Of a stretch of DNA of 64,000 bases, positions 13,830 to 26,659 are shown in pieces. Every line of letters starts with the position of its first letter. Within the stretch, counting starts at the first letter, position 1. The notes under the pieces are model-generated. The model was not told the origin of the DNA. It made no database searches and worked only from the letters and a program-made list of their open reading frames with translations. Made by a program: the position numbers and the translations under genes. Source of the DNA: Chiloscyllium plagiosum (taxonomy: Eukaryota); contig NC_057728.1 of NCBI RefSeq assembly GCF_004010195.1, positions 53,588,174 through 53,652,173 of the forward strand. The letters run 5' to 3'.

Positions 13830-14139
13830 ATTAGATTCCCTACAGTGTAGAAACAGGCCCTTCGGCCCAACAAGTCCACACCGATCCTTCGGAGAGTAAC
13901 CCACCCAGACCCATTTCCCTCTGACTAATGCACCTAACACTTTTGGCAATTTAGCATGGCCAATTCACCTGACCTGCACATCTTTGGACTGTGGAAAGAA
14001 ACCGGAGCACCCGGAGGAATCCCATGCAAACACAGGGAGAATGTGCAAACTCCACACAGACAGTTGCCTAAGGCTGGCATTGAACCCGGGACCCTCGTGC
14101 TGTGAGGCAGCAGTACTAACCACTGAGCCACTGTGCTCA
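13830..14139 (-). mobile_element. HE1-type SINE
   Basis: Reverse complement of the 1496-1818 family. Confidence 0.9.
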
Positions 14140-14699
14140 ACAGGTAAATAAGGAACAAAATCCCAATCCTTAAAATCTTACAACAGAAGGAATATTAATG
14201 ATGAAACAGCTGAAATAGTGTCAGAAATTTGCGGAAGCAATCACTATTGGCTAAATGCTGGGGTAGGTGGCAGCCACTACCCCTTCTTTCTAGATATTTT
14301 CTAGTCAACTTGCTCAGAAATCTCTGGAGCAGATGGAACTTGAACCTGGGTCTCCTGGCTGAAAGGTAGAGACATTACCACTGTGCCATTTAAAAGGGCC
14401 TGTTCAGTTAACAGGGTTACAAGATGTACCACGAATAAGTGTTTCCAAGAATACTTGTCTTAAAGACAAGATGTAGAATGTCACATGACAGCAAGTACAA
14501 CTTGCACTGGCTGTTCAAACAACTAGCCCGGGGTGATGAGTCTGACCCAACAGGATCTAAACTAGACTCATTGATCCTCCATTCAAGACTGATTGAAACA
14601 GATTGAGTGGAGCCTAATGCAGTTTCTAATGTTAACCCTTTCAGAATCATTATCTTATACAATGCAGGATTGGGGGTGGACACACTATTTTGCTATCTA

Positions 14700-15640
14700 A
14701 TACATTAAATTTAATTCTTTTAATTGAACTTTCTCAAAATCTATGCTTTTGCAGTTCAGTTCTCTTAGCCTGTCATGGTAAGAAAGCAGCTTCAAACTAG
14801 TTATCAGTCTAGTAACCTGCATCTGAACACTTTTTACCTCAATATCACCCATAACATGAGGACAGCCAAAACTGAGCATGGTATTCCAGACAAGGTCTAT
14901 CCAGGTTCTTATAAAGGGCGAAGATAGCATTTTTTGTTTTTTAGTTGGTTGCCTTGATAATGTGTTTTAAAATTCTCTGTGCTTCTGCCTCATAGCACTC
15001 ATCAAGAACTTGCATTGAATCATGCACCATGAAACCTGGATCATTCTTTCATTGACGGCCTGAAGTTTATTATATTGCACAGTACATACTGGCCTTCATC
15101 CATAATACTACAATCTGCTATATTAAATGGCAACCAACAAATCTCATCCCAGGTCTCTATTATAATTCGATGTGTTTGATGTTTTTCTCTCATTTAACAT
15201 TTGCACAAATCTTTGCATCCTCCAAACATCCATGTTTTTATCCAGATCATGGGAGGGTGGGGGGGAAACATGCTTAAGCATGCTTGAGAACCTCCAGCAG
15301 CAATCAATCCCCATGTAAACTATGAACAAACTTCTAAACATGAGATTCAAACTAAAAATCTGTTTATCAATCCCACAAAGCCCTATCTTATTAAGTAGCC
15401 TATGCATGTCATATTGTTCAAAGCATTTTGCAGATGAAGATGTAGATTATCAACCAGTCTATCTACATCCATCAACGTGGAACAGCTTTAAAAAGCTCCA
15501 CTAGATTGAGTGGAGATTCTTTTCTGGGAGTAATATTGCGAGTCCCTTAAGACTTTGTTTCTGTGCAAGCGATTGGAAATCGTAAACCTAATTATTTCCT
15601 TCAGGTTTCAGAATGGAAATCAACGTAAGGGGTCTGAAAT
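14700..15640 (-). mobile_element. Ancient CR1-like RT remnant
   Basis: HRLLNKIGLCGIDKQI and VQMQVTRLITSLKLLSYHDRLREL. Confidence 0.55.
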
Positions 15641-15991
15641 TTCCTTGAGTGACTTACTATCCTTTTATTTCTGTTCACACCATGTGACTTACTGAAATGC
15701 AGTTTTAGGGTGCAGGTAGTTGGAAAAAGCGACAGAGACAGGGGCAGAATCTGTATTAGGAGGGCTGATTTTTAGGCTCTTGCACAGAATGAGTCAGAGC
15801 AGTTAGGTGGCTTCCTGTTGTTAGAGCAAACTCAGGAAGGAGCTCTAACAGCAATGAATTGGAGTTAGGACTCAGAAGAAATTGCAAAATGAGAAAGTCA
15901 CTGACTCTGCGTTGGGAGTAGCGGTGAAGGGCTCAGAAGATGCCTACTCGCGATAAATCCTCAGTGCAGCTGTGAGAAGGGTAAATGTAAA

Positions 15992-16305
15992 ATCATAGAA
16001 GTCTTATAGTGTAGAAGCAGGCCATTTAGCCCATCATATCCACACTGACCCTCCGAAATTCATCCCACCCAGACCCACCCCAATCCCTGTAATCCTGAAT
16101 GGCAAATACTCCTTGACTACACATCCCTGAACACTACGGGGCAATTTAGCATGGCCAATCCACTTATCCTGCATGTCTTCAGACAGTGGGAGGAAACTGG
16201 AGCATCCGAGAAAAACCCATGCAGATACAGGGAGAATGTGCAAACTCTGCACAGTTGTCCGAGGTTGGAAGAAAACCGCGCTAACCAGTAAGCCACTGTG
16301 CCACA
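15992..16305 (-). mobile_element. Diverged HE1-type SINE
   Basis: gcaatttagcatggccaat..ggagaatgtgcaaact core. Confidence 0.75.
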
Positions 16306-16707
16306 CACCCCCCCCACCAAAAGCTTTAAGTAACGTCTGCTAGCTTCAACTGCGCAAGATAAAAACTGGGGGAAAAAACCCAGAAGCAGCCTTTAGCTTG
16401 GTGAAGCTAGCTGTCAGTGAAAGCCTGAAGTGTGCCTCTCAGAAAGTATGGGATTGCTTTCTTCAGAGTCCAGGAGACATGAATCTATGATAGGGAAGTG
16501 GTCAACCAGAACAGGAACAGTCTATGAAAAATAGCTCTTGAAGGGAGTTTCAAGACCTGATCATCAAAAGTGAAGAATTGTGATCCATTTTGAAGTTCCA
16601 TGACATTCAATTATGCACTGTCTTAATGTCGGTGGGAGGGGCGGGGGGGGGGAGGGTTACTGAAAAATCCATGGAATCTGTCTTGTTATTTATGATATAG
16701 AGGAGAC

Positions 16708-17448
16708 GATGTTGGACTGGGGTGGGCAAAGTTAAAAATCACACAACACCAGGTTATTGTGCAACAGGTTTATTTGGAAACACTAGCTTTTAGAGTGCTG
16801 CTCCTTCATCAGGTGGTTGTGGAGTATAAGATCGTAAGACACAGAATTTATAGCAAAAGATTTATGTGTCATACAGTGATATATTGAACAAACCTGGACT
16901 GTTTAGTCTTTCATCTTTTAGATTGCAGGTTTCAGTTCATTAATATTGAAATAGTAATAAGTGTTGAGAAGGTTTTGGCAAGGTGCTCATCGTCATTGAT
17001 AATGTGTTGCAGACTGAACATGGCTTAGCTTTTCAACTCACGGGAAGTACTGGACAACGAACAGTACCCTATCTGTTGCAACCCATGTCTGTCTCCTGAG
17101 GAGTCATTACGGTTTCTTGCTGTGGCACATTGGAACTGGCAATCGATGAGTTAAGCATCGTACCCTGTTCTAATGAGGACATTCTTGAGCACCTTCAGGT
17201 GTTCATCATGGTGGTACAATGCTCAATTCATATTAATGAACTGAAACCTACATTCTGAAAGACGAAAGATTTAACAATCCAGGTTTGTTCAATATATCAC
17301 TGTATGACACTGTAATCCTTTGCTATAAATTCTGTGTCTTATGATTTTATACTCCACAACCACCTGATGAAGGAACAGCGCTCTGAAAGCTAGTGTTTCC
17401 AAATAAACCTGTTGGACTATAACTTGGTGTTGCATGTTTTTAAACTTC
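16708..17448. mobile_element. Second Penelope-like family, fold-back copy with ~220-bp inverted arms
   Basis: 16728-16946 is the reverse complement of ~17228-17448. The interior on the minus strand encodes HLKVLKNVLIRTGY...LQHIINDDEHLAK, a PLE RT-endonuclease linker-like stretch. Confidence 0.75.
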
Positions 17449-17534
17449 GTTATTTATTGTTTGTGTGCTTAAGAGTATTTGATCAGAGCATATTCCCCAT
17501 GTTTATCACTAATATTGGGTGTTAGAAATAAGTT

Positions 17535-17662
17535 AGGAGAAAGTGAGGACTGCAGATGCTGGAGATCAGAGCTTAAAAATGTGTTGCTGGAAAAGCGCAG
17601 CAGGTCAGGCAGCATCAAAGGAGTAGGAGAATTGACATTTCGGGCATAAGCCCTTCTTCAGG
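17535..17662 (-). mobile_element. Solo Penelope pLTR fragment with 8-bp TSD
   Basis: AATAAGTT at 17527-17534 and 17663-17670; sequence matches the reverse complement of ~10392-10520. Confidence 0.8.
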
Positions 17663-18399
17663 AATAAGTTGCACACATATTGTAGATCGAATCTAATGCT
17701 CGTGGTTGCCTTGTAAATGTTACTGTTGTTTGCTCAAAACTGTTGAAATTTGTGGCTTTTTTCTCTTAGCAAAACCCCTGGACCTTACACTTTGCTTTAA
17801 AAATAAAAGTTTTCTGGTCTCTAACCAGATGATAGCATCATTTAGTGGTATGGTCCGGTCTGGGGTCATAAAATGATAGCTGGTTTGGTTTGGAATCAGT
17901 TCCAGAGAACAGTGGCAGCAGTGCGGAACATCTACAGGATGCATTGCAGCAACACTTCAAGATTTCTCAGATAGCATCTTCCAAATCCATGACTTTTATC
18001 CTCTAATAGGACAAGGTCAACAGGTACATGGGAACATCCCATGTGCAAGCTCTCATACAATATCCTGATTTGGAAATATATTGTGGGTCCTTCAGTATCA
18101 CCGGATCATTTTGGAACTCCCTAACAACATTATGGCTCTACCAACACCCAATAGACTGCAGCTGTTTGGAAGCCAGATCATCACCACCTTCTCAAAGATA
18201 ATTATGGATGGGCAATAAATGCTGGTCAAGTCATCAACAGCCACATCTGATGAACTGAATAAAAAGGACATGGCAAGGTGCCCAAAGAATTCAAAAGAAA
18301 TGTTTCTATTTCAATATAATAAGAAATGGGATAAGACTAGTGGCAAAATATTCATTATTGCATCAGGTGAAAGCATTGCTGGCAGGACCATTGCCCAAC

Positions 18400-18740
18400 C
18401 CTCATTGCCCTAGTTCCATTTCAGAGGAGCAGTTAAAAGTCAACCACATTGCTGTGGGTGTGGAGACACATATAGGATTGACCAGGGAGGATAGCAGACT
18501 TTCATTTATAAGGGGCATTACTGATCAAGGTGGGTTTTCATAACAATCAATGGTGGTTTCATAGTAACCACTACTGAGACTTAGTTTTCAATTCCAGATT
18601 TATAATTGAATTTAAATTCTACCAGCTGCCATAGTGGGATTTGTACACGTACCCCCAAACAATAGTTCCTGGATTATCACATGACAATAAATTTCTATTC
18701 TCTCTATTACCAGTCTAGTGACATTGCCAATATGGCACCA
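18400..18740 (-). mobile_element. DeuSINE-like copy
   Basis: Reverse-complement similarity to 39470-39730. A further copy at ~8800-9045 is split by the Penelope insertion. Confidence 0.6.
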
Positions 18741-20189
18741 TCTATCCCCAAGATCATTGATATTTTTATACATAATATTGTTTCAAAGTTTAAAAGAAGC
18801 TATTTAAAAGTTTTTTAAAAGTTTGGTATATACTGCTAAAAACAAATAGTACAAAATAAATGTGAGGCATTTTATCTGACCTCAAGACATCTCAAAGCAA
18901 TTTACAATGAATTAAGTGTTTTTAAATTAAAAATTCTAGTGATTGCTATAACTATGATCACACATGAATTTAGAACTCAACCCAGGCTCGAGTTTGTGGA
19001 TTAAACAGACTAATCTTCAAATACAATGATAATATTAACCATTCAATATTTTCAAACAGATAAATCAATTTTAAAATAATTATTACATTAAATTAGTAGT
19101 TATTAACTAGTGGAAAATACAAATGAGATCTTAATATTTTAAATATTCCTTTTATTGCAAACACTTTTCAAGTAAACTATGTTCATTTGTAGTGCAAATC
19201 TTTAAATGATTCAATAGATTAGGAAAAGAAGGTAAACAAACTGCACTAATTCAGTAGAATTGTAGAATGATGACAGCAAAAATAGAGGTCATTCAGTCTG
19301 CCCTGTCCATGCAAGATCTCTGTAAGAACAATTCAACTGTGCCACTGTCCCCACCATTTTTCCCGTTACTCGGCAATTTTCTCTTCCTGAAAAAGATGTC
19401 CCATTATTTTTTGAAAGCTACATGACTAAACCTGCTTCCTCTTGGACAGTGCATTCCCTAGCCACTTACTGGGGGAGAAATGTGTCTCTGTTTATTGCTG
19501 CCATTTTCTTTAATCAAACATCTTAAATCTGCAATGTCTGGTTCTCAATCTTTCCAGCAATAAGGAGAGTTTCTCCCTATTTATTCTATTCAGACCTCTC
19601 ATGACCTTGAACACCTCAATCAAATCTCCTTGCTTCTCTAAGGAGAATAGCTTCAGTTATGCTAACTCCACATAACTGACATTCCTCATCTCTGCAACAA
19701 TATTCAGGAATTCTTTTATGTAAACCTTCACATCATTCCCAAAGTGTCATGCCCAAAACTGGCCAACCAGAATTCCATATGCATCATTATTGGCTTTCTT
19801 AACCTGTTGTGCTACATTAATAATTTGTGCCTCACACCACAGATCCCTTTGCTCCAGCACCCTATCAAAATGAATCACTTCAAAATTCTCTACATTTTAT
19901 CCACCCATTCCATTGGCTGATATCCGAGTGAGAGGTTTCACAAACTGGATTAAGTTACAAATAAATTGTTGAAGAACATTATTTCTTTAAATATTAATTA
20001 GGAGCAATAGTAGTCCACACAAATCCTCGAGCCTGCTCCAAGTTAATAAGATAATAGCTGTTCTAATTACTCTACATTCTGGCAACCCTGTGATAACCTT
20101 TCATTCCCTTGCTTATCAAGATGGTTGATGAATGTCATTCACTGCTACCAATTCTTTGTCTTTTCTTTGTCCTGAGCCTATTACTAGTA

Positions 20190-20425
20190 GCCTGGGGATT
20201 GGTTAGCTTGGTTGACTAGATGGCTGGTTTGCAACATAGAGTGGCACCAACAGTGTGGGTTAAATTTCTGCATCAACCGAAGTTACCAAGAATACAGGAG
20301 CAAGTCTTGCCTTCTCAATCTTTCCCCTTGTCTGAAACATGGTGACCCACAGATGAAACTTACCATCAGTTCTCTCTCTCTAATGCGAGTGTAGCCCTAT
20401 TGTCCAGTAGGAATGTGGTGATTTT
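20190..20425 (+). mobile_element. Additional tRNA-headed SINE-like repeat (second copy inverted at ~53925-54140)
   Basis: ggggattggttagct..gtgtgggttaaat..ctctctaatg..tatggtgac pattern is shared by the two loci. Confidence 0.5.
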
Positions 20426-20699
20426 TATTAGTGGTAGAGGATATATCCCTGCAGAGGTCTGTACTTAAATAACTAGCAGGATTATTGCATGATAGCAATA
20501 AATATAACTACATTTGGTCATGTATTATTACTCAGGCCTTATCAAACTGATACAAATACATCTGCTCTCTCTGAAAGCTGAGTAGAACTGTTTATCTCCA
20601 CCCACAGACTGTGTGAAATCATTAGAATGGATAGAACTAATGCAACATGAACATCAACCCTTTCAGTATCACTCTATTCTACAACTGTCATAGGCATTT

Positions 20700-21305
20700 T
20701 ACGTGTAATTCAGTCTCCTTCCTATCAGAAGGATGTTGTGAAACATGAAAGGGTTCAGAAAAGATTTACAAGGATGTTCCAAGTTTTGAAGGATTTGAGC
20801 TATTGAGAAAGGTTGATTATGCTGTTTGGCATGAACAGTTTGGACCGAAGGGTCTGTTTCCACACTGTACATCTCTATGACACTATGACTATGTTACAGC
20901 TGTTTTCCCTGTAGTATCGGAAGCTGAGGGGTGACCTTATAGAGGTTTATAAAATCGTGAGGGGCATGGTTAGGAGAAATATACAAGGTCTTTTCCCTGC
21001 GGTGGGGGAGTCCAGAACTAGAGTGCATAGGTTTAGGGTGAGAGGGGAAAGATATAAAAGGGATCTAAGGGGAAACTTTTTCATGCAGAAGGTGGTGCAT
21101 GTCTGGAATAAGCTGCCAGAGAAAGTGGTGGAGGCTGGTACAATTACAGCAATTAAAGATGGGTATATAAATAGGAAGGGTTTTAGAGGGATATGGGCCA
21201 AGTGTAGGAAAATGAGACTTGATTAGGTTAGGATATCTGGTCAGCATAGATGAGTTAGACTGAAGAGTTTGTTTCTGTGCTGTACATCTCTATGACTCTA
21301 TGTCT
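20700..21305 (+). mobile_element. CR1 3' fragments (nested)
   Basis: SRTRVHRFRVRGERYKRDLRGNFF and (ctatga)n tails. Confidence 0.85.
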
Positions 21306-22119
21306 CTAAGTCAGAAGTGGCCTGCATAGAAAATTTGTCTTTTGCACTGGCTCTTTTTAGCAATGAATGAAATAGCCAAAATGTAATTCAAAATTAAATA
21401 CCAACAAAATGTTTTACTGAAAATATTTAACAAAAGCAATGTGCACTTTAGTATGACTGTGATAAATCATAACTTCAACTGCAGTTCATTTTATAATTCA
21501 TACATCATATCTCAACTAAACTCTGTCTACTTATCCAATTTTTTCCACTAATTAAGAAATGTGAAAGGAATATTATTAGCAGCTTGCTATGATTAGTTAA
21601 GTTCCTGTCCAAGCACCTATCAGATCAGATTTCATGTTGGCACTTGCAGAGGAATTTTGATGTAGTTGCCATTTTGGTTGGAGGTTATTAGCTCATATAA
21701 AATTAACTTAATTAATGCTTTTTTCTGGTAAAATTAGAATAAAATCCTCAAAAGAATCACATTAAAACTGGTCAAAACATGAAGAATATTACAGCCCAGG
21801 AAGATGTCATGCAACACACTGTCCATTGATGTTGGCAGGACCCAAAGCATTTGCTCTATTTAACACTTACAACCTGTTTCTTGACATGGAGTGCATGTTC
21901 CTAATATAGGAAACAGAGTAGTGTCATTATTATGCTCACAGTGATCCATCTGCACATTCATAATTACACCCATTACCAAAGTTCTCTCTAAGCATGAGAC
22001 TGAGCAGCCACTCAGAGGATATGTGCGTGCTGCTCAGAGTTCAAATGCATTGACACCAATTCAGGAAGTTGCTGCCTTGCCTGGACCTCAGAGTTCCAAG
22101 CAGCAGTATGGAAAATGAA

Positions 22120-22146
22120 GGCGGCGGCGGCGGCGGCGGGGGGGGG
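22120..22146. repeat. (GGC)n followed by a G-run
   Basis: ggcggcggcggcggcggc followed by a G tract, read directly. Confidence 0.9.
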
Positions 22147-22897
22147 CAGCAAACATGTATTCCTTACTGTTCACTGAAATGCAACAATGAGAGAACGAGT
22201 GGCTGGAAAAGTCCACTTTTAACAGCTATCACACTTAAATAGTAGCAAACAAGGCTGGGCAGGGTTTGCTATGTCTTATGTGTGATACAGAGAGAATGAA
22301 TGGTTTCAAGAAGTGAGGTTTATGGCAACAGAAAAACTATTAAATTTACTCCAAGAATTCTAAAACCATTCCTCCCAAATGTACTTGCCTTTCCCTGGCC
22401 CGGATTAATAGTTTGCTGTAGGTGAGTTTAAAAGCTATGTTCTGACTCCGTACATTCTCACAGTGTTTCACTTCACTGTAATGTTGTCCAGTAATATAAC
22501 CTCTTAAACTCAGACTGGAGAATTAAATTGGTTGAAGAATGGCATGGGATTATCAATTTAGCATGTCTGACTAAATATGGTCACAAATGATTCAAATTTA
22601 TCTTTGTACTGATGTGCTGGGTGCTGACCCCACCCCTCATCATTAGAGTTGGGAATATCTGTGGGGTCTCCTTAATCCTCCATTTAGCTGTTTAATTATC
22701 CACTACAATTTGCAAGTGGATGTGGTAGAACTGCAGAGCCTGGGTATGTCTATTAATTGGGGATTAATTATCTCTGTCTTTCACATGCTGATCCTGTTGT
22801 TTATAACTGGCAGTTCAGTGTTTTAGGTTCATCAGACTACTACCTCATTTTTCTTTTAAATGTGGCCAGTGCTATTGCTGGCGTGCCCTTCTGTGTT

Positions 22898-22996
22898 TTA
22901 GATTAGATTACAGATTAGATTAGATTACATTACAGTGTGGAAACAGGCCCTTCGGCCCAACAAGTCCACACCGACCCGCCGAAGCGCAACCCACCC
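22898..22996 (-). mobile_element. HE1-type SINE 3' fragment
   Basis: (AGATT)n followed by cagtgtggaaacaggcccttcggccc. Confidence 0.8.
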
Positions 22997-24071
22997 AATC
23001 ATGTTCTTCATGATTGAAGTATTTCAAATTTTAAAAGAATTAGTTAGGATAGATTCAGTAAAACTATTTCCTCTTGTAGGGAAACCTAGTACAAAAGGAC
23101 AAAATCTTCAAGTTAGAGTTGGGCCATTCACTATTTTTCTCACAAATATCATTAAATACTTGGAATTGCTTCTCAAGGACAATCTGAACTTTCAAGACTG
23201 AATCTGATTGAATTTTCTTTGGCAAAGATATTCAGAGAAATTGAGTTAAGTTGTGAATGGAGCTCAGATGCAAATCAGCTTTGATTCTAATTGAATGAGA
23301 GAGGTTTGATGAGACTAAATGATTTCTATCAGGTAGAAATGTCTCAAGGTTCAATGTGACAGTCTACTAATGATGCATACATATGATTAAATTTAACCTT
23401 TATGGAAAGATTTGCACATTAAGAAATATTTTAACGCATGTTCTGAGATTTAACTTTTTTGGCCTCTGTAATGTTCCAAAATTATGTAAGTGTTGGTTCT
23501 ACAGCACAGCAGAGTAGCTCCAAACCTTGGCTGGGAAACGAATCATAATGAAAATTGCATCTCTGCATTAGTCAGATCTGCTTGATAACCAAATAGTTTT
23601 TTCTGTATTCATTGTCTGGTCTCATTCATTATCAAATGGGTATGATAGTCAGAGAGCTGTTGGTCCTCTTGGAGCTACACATGGACAAACTAAATCAGCA
23701 AATTTAGGAAATGAGTTTAGAAAATAAGGTGGGGGCAGCAATTGTTGCAGTTCACATGATAGACAAGAAGCACTTCAATGCTCCTGGTTCCAGTAGATAT
23801 TGGGAATTGAAAGGCAGAGACTGTTGCCCATCTAAAAATTCCATTGTCATCTCTGGCATCCATTTCCAAATGTCAGGATAGTGCACTCGAGCCAGATGAG
23901 TAACCCTTTCACCTAGGAAATTGTCCCTTCTACACACTTTTTGAAAATTAGGTTATGGGAGGTGAGCATCACTAGCTAGACTGGCATATGTTACCCATTT
24001 GAGAAGTGTTGGTGAGCTGCCATTTTTAATCTTTGTAGTTCATGAGGAGTTGTAGGTGTGACCACAGTGTT

Positions 24072-24986
24072 TAGATTAGAGTGGTGCTGGAAAAGCACAG
24101 CAGGTCAGGCAGCATCTGAGGAGCAGGAAAATCGGCGTTTCGGGCAAAAGCCGTTTATCAGGAATAGAGGCAGGGTGCCTGCAGAGTGGAGAGATAAATG
24201 AGAGGGGAGTGGGATTGGGGAGAAAGTAGCATCGAGTACAATAGGTGAATGGGGATGAGGATGGAGGTGATAGGTCAGAGAGCGGGGTGGAGTGGATAGG
24301 TGGAAAGGATGATAGGCAGGTCAGACAGTTCATGAGGGCGGTGCTGAGCTGGAAGGCTGGAACTGGGGTGAGGTGGGGGAAGGGAAAATGAGGAAACTCG
24401 TGAAATCCACATTGATGCCATAGGGTTGAAGTGTTATTGGTGGATGTGCAGGTGAAACTTTGATGGATGTGGAAGGCTTTGGAGCCTTGGATGGGGGTGA
24501 GGGAGGACTCCAATATCACTTATTGTATCCGTGGCTCCCAATGCGGTCTCCTCTACATTGGGGAGACTGGACACCTCCTAGCAGAGCGCTTTAGGGAACA
24601 TCTCCGGGACACCCGCACCAATCAATCCCATGGCCCTGTGGCCCAAAATTTCGACTCCCCCTCCCACTCTGCCGAGGACATGCAGGTCCTGGGCCTCCTC
24701 CACCGCCGTTCCCTCACCACCCCACGCCTGGAGGAAGAACGCCTCAGCTTCCGCCTTGGAACACTTCAACCTCATGGCATCAATGTGGATTTCACCAGTT
24801 TCCTCATTTCCCCCCCCCCTCATTTATCTCTCCACTCTGCAGGCACCCTGCCTCTATTCCTGATGAAGGGCTTTTGCCCGAAACATCGATTTTCCTGCTC
24901 CTTGGATGCTGCCTGACCTGCTGTGCTTTTTCAGCACTACTCTAATCTAGACTCTGGTTTCCAGCATCTGCAGTCCTTGTTTGTAC
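24072..24986 (+). mobile_element. Penelope-like element with GIY-YIG endonuclease, inverted 5' part and 10-bp TSD
   Basis: NITYCIRGSQCGLLYIGETG..LAERFREH is a GIY-YIG motif. 24072-24490 is an inverted copy of the 3' part. TSD CCACAGTGTT at 24062-24071 and 24987-24996. Confidence 0.9.
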
Positions 24987-25617
24987 CCACAGTGTTGTTA
25001 GGTTATTGCTATTACAATGAGGACCAATAAAGAGAGTTCTAAGTATTTGAACAAGTTGCATTGGAAATGGAATTACAATAGATTTAATTTTTGTTCTGGT
25101 CTGCCTATAAACAAAGGTTCACTTTGAAGTGACATTTTTCAAATGCATTTTGTTATATTCACAAATTTAATATTTGCAGTCTACCAAAAGATGTTACTAC
25201 AACAATTTCTGGAAATGACAATATCGGATGAAAGGGTATAAAAATACATAGAAAATAAGAAAAGAAAATTGCAGATTTTCCCAAGAATATTGTCCAATCG
25301 TTAATGCTTAAATAGAATTTTGATACATTGGCAAATGTGATAGAAATTCACTTATTTCGTTAGCTGTAAAGCACTTTCTAATGTGCGGCAGCTGTCAGAA
25401 GTGCTACTCAAATATTTGTCTTTCAAATTTTCAAACTTTTCAAACCAAGAAGGACATCAGCTTTCTGTGCCCTCATGTGGTAGGAGACAGCATATAGACT
25501 AACTCAACATTGCCTCAGTTGTAACTACATAAATATATATAAATATAAAAATCTAGCCTAACATGAAATGTCCTTTATTAAAAAGAAAACTGATGGAACG
25601 TAACTTTTTGGTCCTAG

Positions 25618-25765
25618 ATCGAGAGCGGCAGTCCAACACCTCCTAGGAGCAGTCAGCTTGTTACCTATGACAGTGACTATGAAGAAGAAGAATTTGTTCC
25701 CCATGAACCTTTGGATCCTGGTGCTCCCAGTGTACCGGGTCTCCTTGGCCCTGAGTCGAAAGAAG
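25618..25765 (+). CDS. EPYC: Epiphycan-like coding exon 2 (Ser/Pro/acidic linker)
   Basis: cctag|ATC ... GAAG|gtttgt. Encodes IESGSPTPPRSSQLVTYDSDYEEEEFVPHEPLDPGAPSVPGLLGPESKE, open in frame, phase 0 to 1. Not in the ORF track in this frame. Confidence 0.85.
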
Positions 25766-26659
25766 GTTTGTAGCAGGAGCTATTCAGAATCTAGGTCTGT
25801 TTGCACTGAATGGAATTTTGGATGGTGGCCACAATTTACATTCTCAGTATTTTACAAATGTGTAAATATATAAAATCATTTCAAACCAGTATAGTTTATA
25901 ATAATTCTTTTGCTTCTCGAGTCATGATTTTTGAATGATGGTTTTATTTACAAAAAATGACAAGAGCCCTTTTGTAGTTTGCCTTTCATTGTAATTTTAG
26001 TGGCTCAAATATTTTCTTTGTGTGCTCCACCACAACGCGTAACTTCCTGCTGTCTATGGTTTGACCACAACAGACAAAAAGTATTCAATAGAGTTTAAAT
26101 TCAATCAAACATTCTATATCCTGTGTACATTTCTGCCATTGCGTGTCATTGCAAATGAAATTCAAACCTAACATCCACATTGCATTCAGAATTAATCCTT
26201 GGAGATTTACATTCCTTGAGACTGCAACACAAATGTTTTAAAGTGGAGATCAGTATGAAAATCTGTCCCAATTATGAAATGAAATCATTGATATTCTCCG
26301 GTACTTCCAGATTTCCATTGTTTTGTTTAAACAAATTAAACTTTTATTAATGTGACAAAATGTAAAATGCAATAAAATTGTGTTTATGTTACCCAAATTA
26401 ATAATCCAGTGGCTCTGATTGCCTTGAAGGCCAATCTAAAGTAGGCACATAGGAAAACAGATCAGAAGGAGGCTATTTGGTCCCTTGATCCTGTTCAGCC
26501 ATTCAGCGAGATATGACTGATCTTCCACCTCAACAACATTTTACTGCAGTATCACATATACCTTCATGCCTTTAATATCTGGAATCTGGAATAAACTCTG
26601 TCCTGAAAATACTCAATGACCGAGCCTTCACCGTGCTCTGGGTAGACAATTACAGATTG

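Larger units (their letters stand above)
15683..17873 (+). mobile_element. Possible long LTR carrying nested SINE and Penelope insertions
   Basis: Begins TGTGAC and ends GGTCATAAA, with AATAAA at 17802. No TSD confirmed. Confidence 0.3.
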
